Notes: a model not told the origin generated them from the sequence alone. A DNA stretch of 64,000 nt from Hormiphora californensis (GCA_020137815.1 CM035359.1:4960001-5024000), one strand, 5' to 3'. Counted from the stretch's first letter, positions 1 through 32,592 are shown. Made by a program: numbers and translations.

Positions 1-120
1 AGTTAAAACTCGGTCACCCCACCACCTCCTTGAAAGTTAAAACTCGGTCACCCCACCACCTCCTTGAAAGTTAAAACTCGGTCACCCCACCACCTCCTTG
101 AAAGTTAAAACTCGGTCACC
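1..120. repeat. ~34-35 bp minisatellite (AGTTAAAACTCGGTCACCCCACCACCTCCTTGAA), truncated by the window edge
   Basis: About 3.5 near-identical units read directly. Confidence 0.9.
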
Positions 121-199
121 TCCTGGACAGTCCGCCACTCACGATGAACGTACATCACATGCCACCGATTCAAAGTTACCACCTCCTCCTTCATTGCAA

Positions 200-1285
200 T
201 TACTCCGGTTCCGATCGTGCCACAATATTTGGTGATGCTTCGCGGGCTTCGTTTGCCGCAATGCGGGCGGCTGGTAGTGTAGGGGTGACTGGGTCACCAA
301 CCACAATTTGTGGATGCAGCTTCTTGAGGCACCCTTCTATCTCCAATATCAGCCATTCTCGAAACGAGGATGTCCTGCAAAAAAACACGATGCCATTCAC
401 TGAGGAATTCGCTGCCACGCAAACGTTTTTGACCGTTAAAGAGATCCAGACGTAAATTAGGTAGTTCCCCTCCTCTTTGCTGATAAAATCCCACCAGTTT
501 AGAATAGTGAGATCTTTATTCAGAATAATTGAAATGGTCACCATCAGGCTATTCAAATCGAACAGGAAGAGAGGAAGATTGAAGGCTATGTACACGATGG
601 TAAGAATCAATATCGTTTTAGTGGCAGCACGGTGTATGGGCCGTGTTTCCCTTCGCAGGAACCAAACCGCCACCACGCATGAAATACAAATGGGCATGAA
701 GGGAAACATGAAACCAGTTAGATGCAACATTCCAAAAGTTATCAGACTAATTGGGTGACTGTAACCGATTTTCGCTTGGAGCTGTGTCATGATCATCATG
801 GATCGGTGCATTCTAGGGCTGTAGACGGTGTAGACCTTGTAGTAGAAGCGGACCGTTTGAATGCCTGCTGTGACGGCAGTGAATATCCCAATAACCGCTA
901 GGAGGGCCCTCTTGGAGACGGGGATAGAGAATGGTCTGACAAGGGCCCGGGTCCTCAGAATACTCTGAGTCCCGATCAGGAACACGGACAATCTTGCAAA
1001 TACCTGCCAGGTGAAATACCACGTTTCCCTAAACCAGAAGGCATTATAGCATATGGGATCACTCTCATTCCACACACTGAGAATCACAGGGAAGAGCAGT
1101 GCAGAAATGATGAAGTCTACAGCGTTTATGATGGTGAAGAGAAGGCTTGTCACGGTTCGGCGGGGTCTTGTACAGTTGAAAATGAAGAGCAGGGCGTTGA
1201 TAACTGTGCCGATGGTAAAACAGGCTGTTTCTAAAGTTCCCGAGTAGATGAGGGCCCCTTTAAAGTAGGTGAGGTTGTAACTCAT
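200..1285 (-). CDS. Rhodopsin-like 7TM GPCR, intronless CDS (361 aa)
   Basis: Seven hydrophobic segments with TM1 GTVINAL, TM2 NAVDF, 'RTRAL..PF' at the DRY position, TM6 FNLP and TM7 NSSVNGIVFF. An acceptor (TTTTTAG) lies 3 nt upstream of the ATG. Confidence 0.8.
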   Translation of the reverse strand: MSYNLTYFKGALIYSGTLETACFTIGTVINALLFIFNCTRPRRTVTSLLFTIINAVDFIISALLFPVILSVWNESDPICYNAFWFRETWYFTWQVFARLSVFLIGTQSILRTRALVRPFSIPVSKRALLAVIGIFTAVTAGIQTVRFYYKVYTVYSPRMHRSMMIMTQLQAKIGYSHPISLITFGMLHLTGFMFPFMPICISCVVAVWFLRRETRPIHRAATKTILILTIVYIAFNLPLFLFDLNSLMVTISIILNKDLTILNWWDFISKEEGNYLIYVWISLTVKNVCVAANSSVNGIVFFCRTSSFREWLILEIEGCLKKLHPQIVVGDPVTPTLPAARIAANEAREASPNIVARSEPE

Positions 1286-1856
1286 GTTCTAAAAATGAGA
1301 TTAGAGCTTCGTATTATTCTACATAATAAGAAATATCAAATAAACGATGGATCCAGAAAAGACCGATCATGGACTCATACATGCAGAAGAGCAAGGAAAC
1401 ACCAAAAATACAGCATTGGACGTTTATCGGGTACAGTTGGGCTGGGTTAATAGTGGACGGGTTCATTAGACACTGTAGGATCAGCAATGAAATGGTTCCC
1501 TTTTATAAGCTGCAATTAATGATATGATGACACCCCCCCCCCCCTTGATGATAAGATGACTCATTCTATACAACTTGATGTTATGCAGATGAATTTGGTA
1601 ATCAAGACCCAGAGTTAACCATGCATATATTTTGTAAAGGTCACATAACAGACAATTTATAGGATGACGAACTGCTTATCGAAAGTGCAAAAGTAAAGTC
1701 TGGGACCTCCTCGGACGACGGCTAATGACTACGGGCGCCCAGTGCAATCACTGGGTTCAATGATTCTGGTTCTTTCTGATTTAACATCGCATAGGGCCCA
1801 CCCCTGCTGTTGCCACCGAAACAGCCTATGAATATCCAAAAAATATTCGAGATTAA

Positions 1857-2762
1857 CAAGGGGTGCGCGGGATACTTCAGGATTCTCTCAGTGCCGCACA
1901 CGCGACTAGCAAATTTTGACCAACAAGCACAAACACGCACGCTGAGAGAAAAGTTGGCGGGTTTGCGTCATTTCGCTTGTTGTACGTTATTGGCAATTGT
2001 TCTCCGAGCACACTGGTGAAAACTAGATGAAAAACGGGTGAGTACAAGCTGAGCAGTGTACAAATCTGTTTTGAACTCTAATTTCAGAGAAAACAGACAC
2101 AAATTGTTCCACGAGCTCTCACACGGAAATGCGAGTGAAATTTTAAAAAAGCCGTCAATTGGCCACCCACAAATTGTCCATACTACACGATCCCAGGTTG
2201 TTTTAACACCCCAGGTATACCATGAAGCTTTCTATAAAAGAAAACTTCAGAAAACAATGATTTTGGGCTCTCTGAGAGATGATACTTCAGGATGATACTT
2301 CAATATATCGCGCGTTACCCGCGCTTCTAAATGCTGAAAAAGCACGGCACTAGGCCCACTCAGCAGGTCCGCCAGAGAGATGAAGAGAAGTGGGGAAACT
2401 GGAAAGTTAGTTTGGAACCCGGAAAGTCCAGTAAACTTGATAGTGGATAGAACTAGTGTATGTTTAATATGAAGAGAAAGATTAGAAGTCCATCTGCAAA
2501 GGATTTCTCCCTTTCTCACTCTATCTCCCTCCCTCTCCAACCCCGAGCCCTATCAGTTTATCCAGCCCAACTCTGATGTTAACCCCTACTTTCCTCTGCC
2601 AGGTAATGGATCTTGCTCACGGTCCTGGATAAGGGAGATGGGGACCGCATCGACTACGTCACTACCAGTACCCGCTTCATTCTGTTCAACATAACACAAG
2701 TTAGTAAACTTTAAGTTTCCACTTTTCAAGCAGAGAGATATGGATGGAGAGAGATGGATAGA

Positions 2763-2795
<33 letters not shown>

Positions 2796-5327
2796 CTAGA
2801 GCTCGATATAGAGCCATGGAGAGATCTCTATACTCGACGCGAGAGAGAACAGAGAGAGAGAGATCTGAGCTCGATCTCTTCTCTCGATACCTATCTTCGA
2901 CAGATATCGATCTCGAGATCTATCTACATCTCTCTCTCTCTCTCTCTCTCTATCGCCATGCCCGATTTTCGCCGCATTGAGAGAGACCTCAGAGAAGCTG
3001 AATAAGAGGGCTACTCTTTAGACCTTCTCTCTACGTTACCGAACTGAAGAGAAACAGATAACAGCTTCGATAAGCAAGTACTGCTTACCGTCATACACCA
3101 CATACCCCATTGTTTTTTCTTTTTTATCTTCTCCCCTGTTCTTTTTTTTTATCATTTCGAATGCCCATTAATATGGGCATGTAATCTAAGGTGGAATCTA
3201 TGGGGAGAATTCAGAAATTTAGTGACACAATGTAAATTTCATGATTCATCACGCTTTTATTAATTCCAGACTTTTCCAGTTATTCTCCCTACACCGTATC
3301 CTAGGGCCCTGACCTCAGCCCTCGTCCTAGATCAAGTCTTTTGTGCGTGTCTGCTTTGCCCGGGCTCGCGCGCTCACCGCTTGAGGTCGTCTGGTCGCGC
3401 GCGCGGGCGGTTGGGGAGGTAGCCGAGCATCATGTATACAGATCCCTCAACATTCCTCTTTCTCTTTGGTCCAGTTCTTAGTGTCGCATGGCTCAGGCGT
3501 TTTGAATTATAGCTGGTGAGAGCAGGTTCAAGACCTCTACCCCGACCCCCACCCCGAACCTTTTTTTGAACCACTTTTTCGATGTTAATCTCTCCACCTC
3601 TCTCTCCTCGATCCCTCCTCCTCTCTCTCGGCACTACTCTCTACCTCTCTCTCTCCTTCTCTCCAATTCAAGGTCGGTCCCTCTCTCTCCTCTCTCTCTT
3701 CTTTCTCTCTCCTCTTCGTACCTCTCTGTCGTCCTTGGGATCGTCTGCGCTCCTCGTCGTTCTCAAGCTTCGAGGTCTGTCCAGTGTCTCTGTATCGCTC
3801 CGGCATACGTGCGTCTCTCGCTCTTCTCTCTCTCTCTCTCTCTCTCTTTATCACTCTCACCCCTCCCACTCTCTCTCCCGCTATCTCTATCTTTCTCTCT
3901 CTCCCTCACACACAAGCACACAGACTTTCTCTCTCAACTTCTCCTTCCTTCTCTGATTTATGTTTGTTTGTTTGTTGTAGACGTCTTAGGAACCTGGGAT
4001 ACTGGTTCTCTGACTTATGACCGTGTAGAATTAACTTAAATTAATAAAAGCGTGAATCATGATTGTCCGAGTTTTGTTATTCTGTCTGGGCTGAACAAAT
4101 GAACCAGACGGGTATAATTATCACAACAAGTTTCGAGGATCTACCTCTCCATCAGGCTAGAAAAACATGAATCATGATATTGAATTGTGGCATGGATTGT
4201 TGTCACTAACTTATCCATCACAAGCATCAATGCCCATATATGGGCATTCGAAAGCAAACTACAGAGATAAAAACACACTGGGTAAAGTTAACACTACTTG
4301 ATTATAAGTGATATCTTTCTTTCTCCCAGTCTCCACGGTCCACATATCTCTCCCATTCTCTCCTTCTCCCTCTCTCAATTCTTTCTCCTCTTTTCTGTCT
4401 CTCTCTTTCTTTATCTATCTCTTTCTCCCTTTCTCCATCTCTCTCCATCCATATCTCTCTGCTTGAAAAGTGGAAACTTAAAGTTTACTAACTTGTGTTA
4501 TGTTGAACAGAATGAAGCGGGTACTGGTAGTGACGTAGTCGATACGGTCCCCATCTCCCTTATCCAGGACCGTGAGCAAGATCCATTACCTGGTAGAGGA
4601 AAGTAGGGGTTAACATCAGAGTTGGGCTGGATAAACTGATAGTTCTCGGGGTTTGAGAGGGAGGGAGATAGAGTGAGAAATCCTTTGCAGATGGACTTCT
4701 AATCTTTCTCTTCATATTAAACATACACTAGTTCTATCCACTATCAAGCTTACTGGACTTTCCGGGTTCAAAACTAACTTTCCAGTTTCCCCACTTCTCT
4801 TCATCTCTCTGGCGGACCTGCTGAGTGGGCCTAGTGCCGTGCTTTTTCAGCATTTAGAAGCGCGGGTAACGCGCGATATATTGAAGTATCATCCTGAAGT
4901 ATCATCTCTCAGAGAGCCCAGAATCATTGTTTTCTGAAGTTTTCTTTTATAGAAAGCTTCATGGTATACCTGGGGTGTTAAAACAACCTGGGATCGTGTA
5001 GTATGGACAATTTGTGGGTGGCCAATTGACGGCTTTTTTAAAATTTCACTCGCATTTCCGTGTGAGAGCTCGTGGAACAATTTGTGTCTGTTTTCTCTGA
5101 AATTAGAGTTCAAAACAGATTTGTACACTGCTCAGCTTGTACTCACCCGTTTTTCATCTAGTTTTCACCAGTGTGCTCGGAGAACAATTGCCAATAACGT
5201 ACAACAAGCGAAATGGCGCAAACCCGCAAACTTTTCTCTCGGCGTGCGTGTTTGTGCTTGTTGGTCAAAATTTGCTAGTCGCGTGTGCGGCACTGAGAGA
5301 ATCCTGAAGTATCCCGCGCACCCCTTG
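1857..5327. mobile_element. Non-autonomous foldback DNA transposon, ~900-bp near-identical TIRs (CAAGGGG...CCCCTTG), ATTAA target duplication
   Basis: 1857-~2760 is the reverse complement of ~4430-5327 (identical 79-aa ORFs at 2056+ and 4889-). Degenerate symmetry continues to ~3265/4039. ATTAA flanks both ends. No transposase. Confidence 0.85.
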
Positions 5328-5396
5328 ATTAAGATTATTTAACAAAAAAATATGTCTTCCCTTATATAGCTATTGTTAGTGACTGGTAAACTTTAC

Positions 5397-7226
5397 CTTG
5401 CTAAACTCTGTTAGATTCAGAGAGAGAAGTCGAGAATGGGTCCCGTAAATCCCCTTATTCGTCTCAGCCCTTCCCATTTCACGATCCATAAAGTTACAAT
5501 CCAGACCTAAATTGGAAACATTATTATCTCGATGATAACTTTCCGACAACACTGACCTTTTCTCGTGCATTTCGCTCATATAAAGGTGATATTGATTGAT
5601 ATGAGCGGAGCAAGGAGAAAGTGCAGAAACAACACTAACAGCAGGAAGGAGGGCTTGATTAGGGAGCCAAGAGCCCCGGATTATGGTATATCATCGTGCA
5701 TCTTACCGTCGACAACCCGGACAGTAAATCCAACTGCTTCCAGTGCCTGTTTTGCCAGAGGGCTAACCCGTTCCGATACTGAAATAGGGTGGATAATAAT
5801 AACACGGTTTGATAACCAGCCAGATCACGTACCCATAGCAACACGGTTTGATAACCACCCAGATCACGTACCCATAGCAGCACGGTTTGGTAACCACCCA
5901 GATCACGTACCCATAGCAGCACGGTTTGATAACCACCCAGATCACGTACCCATAGCAACATGGTTTGATAACCAGCCAGATCACGTACCCATAGCAACAC
6001 GGTTTGGTAACCACCCAGATCACGTACCCATAGCAACATGGTTTGATAACCACCCAGATCACGTACCCATAGCAACACGGTTTGATAACCACCCAGATCA
6101 CGTACCCATAGCAACACGGTTTGATAACCACCCAGATCACGTACCCATAGCAACATGGTTTGGTAACCACCCAGATCACGTACCCATAGCAACACGGTTT
6201 GATAACCACCCAGATCACGTACCCATAGCAACACGGTTTGATAACCACCCAGATCACGTACCCATAGCAACACGGTTTGATAACCAGCCAGATCACGTAC
6301 CCATAGCAACACGGTTTGATAACCACCCAGATCACGTACCCATAGCAACATGGTTTGATAACCACCCAGATCACGTACCCATAGCAACACGTTTTGGTAA
6401 CCACCCAGATCATGTACCCATAGCAACATGGTTTGATAACCACCCAGATCACGTACCCATAGCAACATGGTTTGATAACCACCCAGATCACGTACCCATA
6501 GCAACATGGTTTGATAACCACCCAGATCACGTACCCATAGCAACGCGGTTTGGCACACATGAAAGATGCTGTAGAAGATACCCCAGGACAAGAGTCGGGA
6601 TCGTGTATTTGTCATTCATTAGAGCAGTCACCCATGCAACGCTGTAGGAGAAGAAGGTGTTGGTGAGCTCAACATTTTAGTTTTTGATATAATCTACAGA
6701 GTTGGGAAAGTGTCAATAACAGCGTTATGCCCAAATATGGTATCGTATCACCATAGTAACCATTTTACCTTTTATCTGAATTCTTGGTATCGCATGAGTC
6801 AGTGAAGTATCGCATGTTCATAGCGTGAAGTGACCACTCATCTTGGGCTATGATCTCTCGTTGTATCACATCCGCTCTCTCATCCTCCTGTCTTATCATT
6901 CGAAACACCTGAAATAGTGACGTCATAGGAACACCTAAAATAGTAATATCAGAGGAAAATAGTGATGTCATAGGAAAATAGTGACGTCTCACTTCTGTTG
7001 ACGAGGGGAGAAGGTCGACAAAGGAAAAATAATGAGGTTAAATACTCCGTACTCGATCAATGAACGCCAACAAGATGTGGGAACACAAATATATTATAAT
7101 ACCTGGAGGGAGTAAGAGAGGGCCCGTTGTGTCGATGTTCCATTCCGTATGACAACTGCCAACAACTAGTAGACATCCACAGAGGACGAGGAACAGCTTC
7201 AAGGCACTTTGTCCTTGCCTTGTCAT
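5397..7226 (-). CDS. GT8-family (glycogenin-like) type II membrane glycosyltransferase, 5' part; 3' exons not found in the window
   Basis: Exons ~7103-7226, 6769-6908, 6534-6693, 5707-5778, 5397-5506 with GT-AG ends. They read signal anchor, AWVTALMNDKYTIPTLVLGYLL...VAMVSERVSPLAKQALEAVGFTVRVVDGLDC...GTHSRLLSLNLTEFSK, which is the GT8 N-terminal fold just before the DxD strand. Two apparent +1 indels (~7163, ~6672). Confidence 0.7.
5801..6549. repeat. 39-bp tandem array (~19 units) spanning a GT8 exon end and donor site
   Basis: Unit ACACGGTTTGATAACCACCCAGATCACGTACCCATAGCA; on the minus strand it contains GTTGCTATGG|GTACGT. Confidence 0.95.
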
Positions 7227-7422
7227 CACGTTTACATTTGATGCAGTAGTAGTTACATTGGGCTGTTATAATGGTAGTGGTGGGGTGGTTAAAAAAACGG
7301 AGGGGTGAGTTCGATTAAATTTTAAACTCGTTAAAACTATGTTAAAACAAATTAAAAAAACACTACTTATTAGTATTGGTATTTTCCAACTAAAACAGAA
7401 ATAGTTTCAAACGGTGTAGACC

Positions 7423-9145
7423 TCATCTTGGTCCTAAAAACGTTATTGTTCGTGTTTTATTGATGAGATCTGCACTATCGGTATCATCACCACAATTCTC
7501 GAGTTCTCTACTTTCACTTTCATTAGTTTCACTTTCACTAGTTTCACTTTCACTTTCATTTGTATCACTTTCATTTTCAGAGTCACTGCTCTCTTCTTCT
7601 TCGCTACTTGACACATCGAGGGCAACTGGTCGATTTGGGTTACATGTTTCCAGGGACAAATCGATATCCGTTAAATCTTTCTGGTCTCTAAAAAAGGTCT
7701 GTTATAATCTCAATTACAAATTACCAAACTAAATGTGATACGCCAAGGAAGATTAAAAATCCACTAAGCTAAATAAGCAATAACAACCTCCCACGCCTTG
7801 TTGAGTAAGGGGGTAACAACATCCCTCACCCAGGATAGTTAAACAGTAAAAAACTTTGGTAACGCAATTACCCCTACATTGCGGGCACGCTAAAACGTGC
7901 CTTACTATTGCAATGCCCTCTACCAATAAAAAACTCGATTACCTTGATGCGGCTTCATCTTCAAGTCGCTTCATGAACACTCCTTGTTCTTTAATAACAT
8001 CTTCAGCATCCTCACACTTAGAATACACTTCCAGCATCTCCCTATTCAGGTCCAGAAAGTGACCTGTGAGATCGTTACTTTAACTAAGGGAGAGAGCTAG
8101 AGAAAGCAGAGTGATATTGTTACTTTTTCTGTGAGATAAAAGAGCACACATTTTAGTAGGGAAGACTATAATTGTAACTCTACAGTTAATGAAGCTAACT
8201 AGTTAGTTACAACTTACGTCCCCATTTAAACTTCACAAGAACTGTCTCAGCTTGTTCCTTTAGCCCAGCGATATAGTACGCTGCAGAGAAGGCTTCCACG
8301 CAGGTCAACTTCCAGGGTTTACCATAGTTAACCTGAGGAAAGGGAAGGGTTTACCATAGTTGACCTGAGGAAAGGGAAGGGGAATTGAAAGAAATGCAAA
8401 CTTGAAAAGTTGCTACACTATAATATGCCGTTAGGGATTAAATTAAATTGTCAATCTTAAAATACGTAGTACAGACTACTACAGAATCAGAGAATGAGCA
8501 GTTCGGGCATGTTTAAATTGCTGGTCGCCTGTCTTTCTCGGCGTGACGAATCGTCCTATCGGAATCGAGTAAGCCGGCAAATTGGGAACACGTCAAACAC
8601 ACAACATACCGGATTAGCGGCAACCAAGAATGGAAGAAGTCGGGGATAGCCAATCTTGAGGCGTGCTATGGGGGTCGACTCAAGCTCGGCCCAGCTACAA
8701 TCTACCACACCCAAACCATGACGAGATATTATCTGGCTATCCGCTGGACTGACAACTCGTGTTCCAGTTGGGGAAAGGACTACGCCGGGGAACCTCTGGT
8801 TTACTCTTAGAGACTCGAGTACCCCGTATCTTGCCAACTTACGACCTGAAAAAGGAAATCAAATTTTCAAACTGTCCCTACTTTCCCTATATCAAACTCA
8901 CCCTGCTCTCCCTCTAGTAAAAGTAACAAACTCACCCTGCTCTCCTTCTAGTAAAAGTAACAAACTCACCTGTACAGCGTTTAGGATCACACTGCTCGAA
9001 ATCCCACATTATCAACTTGCCCAGGCACGCTCCCCACTCTGGCCTCTCAGATTCCACAACTGGCTCTCTCTCACACCTTCCACCTGTATTTGGCGTCCCT
9101 TGCTTGGCGTCTCTTATCCTTGAATCGGCCACCACCCCGTCCCAT
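7423..9145 (-). CDS. TSR3: 18S rRNA aminocarboxypropyltransferase TSR3
   Basis: Exons 8970-9145, 8610-8845, 8218-8332, 7943-8063, 7423-7687. Motifs [58 protein letters not shown], then an acidic tail. One apparent +1 indel in exon 1. Confidence 0.93.
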
Positions 9146-9535
9146 AATTCTACATGGGGATCATGATAGGAAATATATATCATCCGTAGTTGTATTGGTT
9201 GGGGAATACCTCTCAGAAAATAACAATTCATTTATTGAAAACTTACAAAGTTTTAAAACCGTGCCAATGCACTTGAAAACAGTTTTTATCCATGATTATG
9301 TCAATTTATATATAATCTAACCGAGATATAATTATCGGTTATAACATCTTGTTTGCATAACTATAAGTAGTAAGTACGAGTTACAATCTGAATTCGACTC
9401 GCGTTTTGTTATTCAAAACATCTCACACACAAAAACTCAAACACGATTAATTATCTGAAATTACTTCGAAAAGAAGATACTTCGATATGTTTGTTACCGC
9501 TGCGGTTGCGGTTATACTATAAGTTGCCGCTGAAT

Positions 9536-24688
<15,153 letters not shown>

Positions 24689-25187
24689 GCTATATATTTA
24701 AAGGAGGGTTAGGAGACAATATGAATACAATAATCAATGACGTAGTACGTGGGGGGGGGGGGGGCAGTACGCGGGGTGGGGGATCATGGATGGAGGATAT
24801 AACCTTCCCTACTGATACATCTTGAAGTACGATACATTATTCTATTGACTGCAATGGTCATGTGCAAAGAATAAAGTTGAAGCGGATCCAGGATACTTCA
24901 ATATAATATTTAATTTGCTAACAACTCTGTCCTTGTTATGTTCTAACCCTCCCTTTACATTTGTAGGTGTTTCGGGTGCGGGGCGCCCGAAACACAGTCT
25001 AGTCAGGCAAATCTGTCCAAATAGGATCCATGTACGGATGATTTAGAACTGACAAATCGTGCCCCTCCCACCCTTCAAATTATATGCGCATGAGGAATTT
25101 AGGGGACATTGTTATTTTAGTCTCGCCTTATTGCTGAGGTCCTGGTCCAAAAATTACCGTTTTTTTAGATATTCTGATCCAGCTGCT

Positions 25188-26348
25188 ATGATGATCCTCA
25201 TGTTTGTGTTGTTGACTGTGGTAGCTGTTCTTGGTGCAACAACTAGTGAACCTTCTGGAGAGTTCGGACCTCCCTCAGGTATAAGGATTTACCAGGATAT
25301 GATCAACATATATCTTTGATCACATCATCAGAAAGACCACACCGTCATATCTTTGATCACATCATCAGAAAGACCACACCGTCATCTTGTCTAGGATAAC
25401 CTGCTCAATGTTAACCCTTCTCTTTCTCTCTAGGTTGGGTGACAGTACACCGTGGTAGTAAAGTTCACGTTAACCCCTCTCTTTCTCTCTAGGTTGGGTG
25501 ACAGTACACCGTGGTAGTAAAGTCCACGTTAACCCAGATAACCATGCGATCCAAATCAAGTCGACTGCTGGGAGGGGCAGTTTAAAGGCCATTGTAGTTG
25601 ACTTCTTGAACAGTGGACACACCCCCACTCACGCGAGAGTAATTATATTCCTAGGATATACGGAGCGATATGTCATCTCGCAGTGTACTGGTTAGTGTGG
25701 ACTGTGGAGAGAGAACGTAGGGATATCATTACTTTAACTAGGAGAGAGATCGTTACTTTAACTAGGAGAGAGAATGAAGTGAGATCGTTACTTTAACTAG
25801 GAGAGCTAGAGAGAGAAGATACAGTTAAGTTTCTGCTATCGATGAAACAGCTATAATACATAACACTTTGCTACACTCTAGGTTCCTTCCTGAAACCGTT
25901 CCCTGTGGTCCCACCGACAGCGGAAGAGAGGATCTGGACGATAACTAAATCCCCAAACAACCTCACTATATCTTGCAACGGGGTCATCCTTGTGGAGAAG
26001 AGACTTGATGATAGCATGTCATGTGAGGTGGAGTGGGGTGTAAAGATGGATCACATCTCATTTCCAAGTAGCGATACGGGTAGTGAGTTCTACTATCTAA
26101 ATGAGGGGGATTCTACTGCACCCTACCTCACATGTGAGTATTGAGAGGGAGAGTTACTTTAGCTAAGGAGAGAGGGTATTGTAGTTTGTAACATCATATT
26201 TTCTGTCCCCTGGTGCTTTTTACTAACATGTTATCCCTGAAGCCTAAGCCCCCCGAGCTATGTTTTCTATTCTCCCTAATTCCCATTAATAAAAGTTTTT
26301 TTTTCAGCTGAGTTTATGCACATTACGACTTACACAGGGCCACAATAA
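25188..26348 (+). CDS. Secreted protein with a ctenophore-type ~130-aa beta domain (paralog 1)
   Basis: Exons 25188-25278, 25493-25690, 25882-26132, 26308-26348: signal peptide, W.TVHRG...IQIKS...RIWTITK...ISCNG...ISFPSSDTGSEFY. Confidence 0.75.
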
Positions 26349-26962
26349 CTGGGAATCAGGGGAGGAGGGGGAGGAGGCGGCCACATTATGTGGGAGGAGG
26401 ATGCTCTGAGGGGAGCAACCACGTGGTTACTATCTAGTCACGTGGTTACTATCTAGTCACGTGGTTACTATTTAGTCACGTGGTTACTATTTGGTAACGT
26501 GGTTACTATTTAGTCACTTACAAATCACTAACGTGGTATAACTAGTAACCAAGTAAGGAGTAGTAACCATGGTAACAGACTACCACGTGACTCAAAATCA
26601 CGTGACTGTTAACCACGTGACTATTACTATTAACCATGGTTGAGTGAAAAGACTGTTACGGAGCAATTGATCTTATTTGCAGAGAAACTATATCTCATCC
26701 GTAATATTATTATCATATGCGAGAATATTCAGATTCTTTCTCAAAATGAAGTAGTCTTTTAAGTTGTCTGCTCTTCTTGTACGGTTGATAAAAAATGAAT
26801 AAATTAAAGTACAAACTTTAGTTTAGAGTTTCCTTCAATAAATACCAGAGTCTCAGTTGTCGCACTACTTTCAGTAAAACAAGCTATGACATCTCACATC
26901 TCATCGTCCAGTCAATTAACTCTTCCAATTGACTCATCCAATTAACTCTTCCAATTAACTAG

Positions 26963-30998
<4,036 letters not shown>

Positions 30999-31039
30999 TC
31001 TGAAAACTAGCTAAGGAAAATGTCGGTGATTAGTAAATA

Positions 31040-31606
31040 CTGAGGCTGCCGCCCCTGTCCCCGGACACATGGCGGGGGGCGTCACCTTTTATTTTGCCCA
31101 TATTTGCCCATATTTGCCCATATGGGCAAAAGCGAATTTTCAAAAATCGTGGGACTTTGGGCAAAATGGGCAAAAATGGGCAAAAAAATAACTCCTGCAC
31201 CTTACATCGTAGATAGGTTTATAGCCACTATAATCGAAGCAGAATTTCACGCTGAGGAAGATGCTTGTATTTATTTTGTTCTGGGACGTTTCTAAAACCC
31301 ATTAAAGCCAAAAAAAACCTAAAAAACCTAAAAAATCCTAAATTTAGGATTTGACCACTTAAAACAATTTGACTAGTAATTAGACACCAAAGACCATTCT
31401 GACCGAGTTTTTAAGAGATGACATCAAGGTATAGAGTTGAAAAAACGACATATAACACTAAAAATTTCATTTTGCCCATTTTTGCCCACTTTTGCCCATT
31501 TTTGCCCATTTTGCCCATATGGGCAAAACCAAAATTCGCTGGGATTATGGGCAATGGGCAAAAAAAAAGGTGACGCCCCCCCCGACACATGGGGCGGCCT
31601 TCTCAG
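31040..31606. mobile_element. MITE with TIRs and internal TTTGCCCAT subrepeats
   Basis: GCCGCCCC...GGGGGGCGTCACCTTTT at the left mirrors AAAAGGTGACGCCCCCC...GGGGCGGC at the right. Confidence 0.7.
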
Positions 31607-32349
31607 CCAAAAAGTCGTAGTTTTTGTCTAATCATATCCTAAAATGTACTGGGCCATGGCATGTCCTGCCCTTCCCCTTTCCGCTTACCACTGCCTCCTC
31701 GAGTGAGGGACAAGGCAACGCTTTTCAACTGACTTTTTTACCAAAAAACTTTTCTTAAAAAGAAAGCCAAAAAAGATTCGAGCGAGCTCGGATTTTTTAA
31801 ATGTAAAAACGGTGCGCGCGGCGTAATTTTTAGTTTTGCGCGTTACGTGACGCGGCGCGCGCTGTCAAATAAATCTGTGAAAATTTTGCAAAATCAAAAG
31901 ACTCGTTTTTCAGGCCAGCGTTAAAAATTAAAATTTGGGTGTTTCGTGAGTGCTGACAAACGGTTTTTTAGGGCAAGGGCTAAAGTAGGGTTAGGGTTAG
32001 AGCTGGTGTTTGGGTTGGGGATAGGCCTTGAAATTTTCTACAAGATAAACTTTGAATTAGCCAAAACGGTTGAGTGGTTTGACGGTTAGAGCCATTTTAG
32101 TGAATCAACTTTTTTGGCAGCGGGCACCTGTAAACAGGCAACCAAACACCCAGATCGTAACGGCGCCCGTAACGGCACCCCATGGCGACACATTTTCTTC
32201 TTGAGTAGCAATACCTAGTGTGGGTCTAAAGGAAGGTAAAAATCGTGGCGATATTATCGCCTTCAATCCTTCCTTTTGTAATAAATGCATTTAATATACC
32301 ACTTTCTAGTGAAAATAACGGTGTCGGTATTGATAGCCAACGCTATACG

Positions 32350-32384
<35 letters not shown>

Positions 32385-32592
32385 CCTTTTATTTCACGCA
32401 GAGGTTAGGGGCCCCCGGGGGTCACTTGGGGACGTTTTACTAGATCGTCGCCGGTCAGCACTCAGTATACACTATACGGTCAACTAATTGCTATTCAATT
32501 TCGCCAACCTCTTAAAATAAAATTTTACCTCTAATTAGCAACACTACAATACCAAGATTGGCCCGGGTTTATGCTGTGGAAAGGAGGGAAGG

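Noticed and set aside
2754-4606. ER/LS-rich ORFs (also at 9605, 33979, 34857, 37574)
   Set aside because: They are translations of GA/CT microsatellites.
2056-5128. Duplicated 79-aa ORF as a gene pair or transposase
   Set aside because: It lies in the two TIRs, has a non-ATG start and shows no DDE features.
5565-6647. Long repetitive ORFs (360, 318, 265 aa) as genes
   Set aside because: They are explained by a stop-free 39-bp unit inside a GT8 intron, with no protein-like flanks.
31988-32000. Telomere-like TTAGGG
   Set aside because: Only about two units; not significant.
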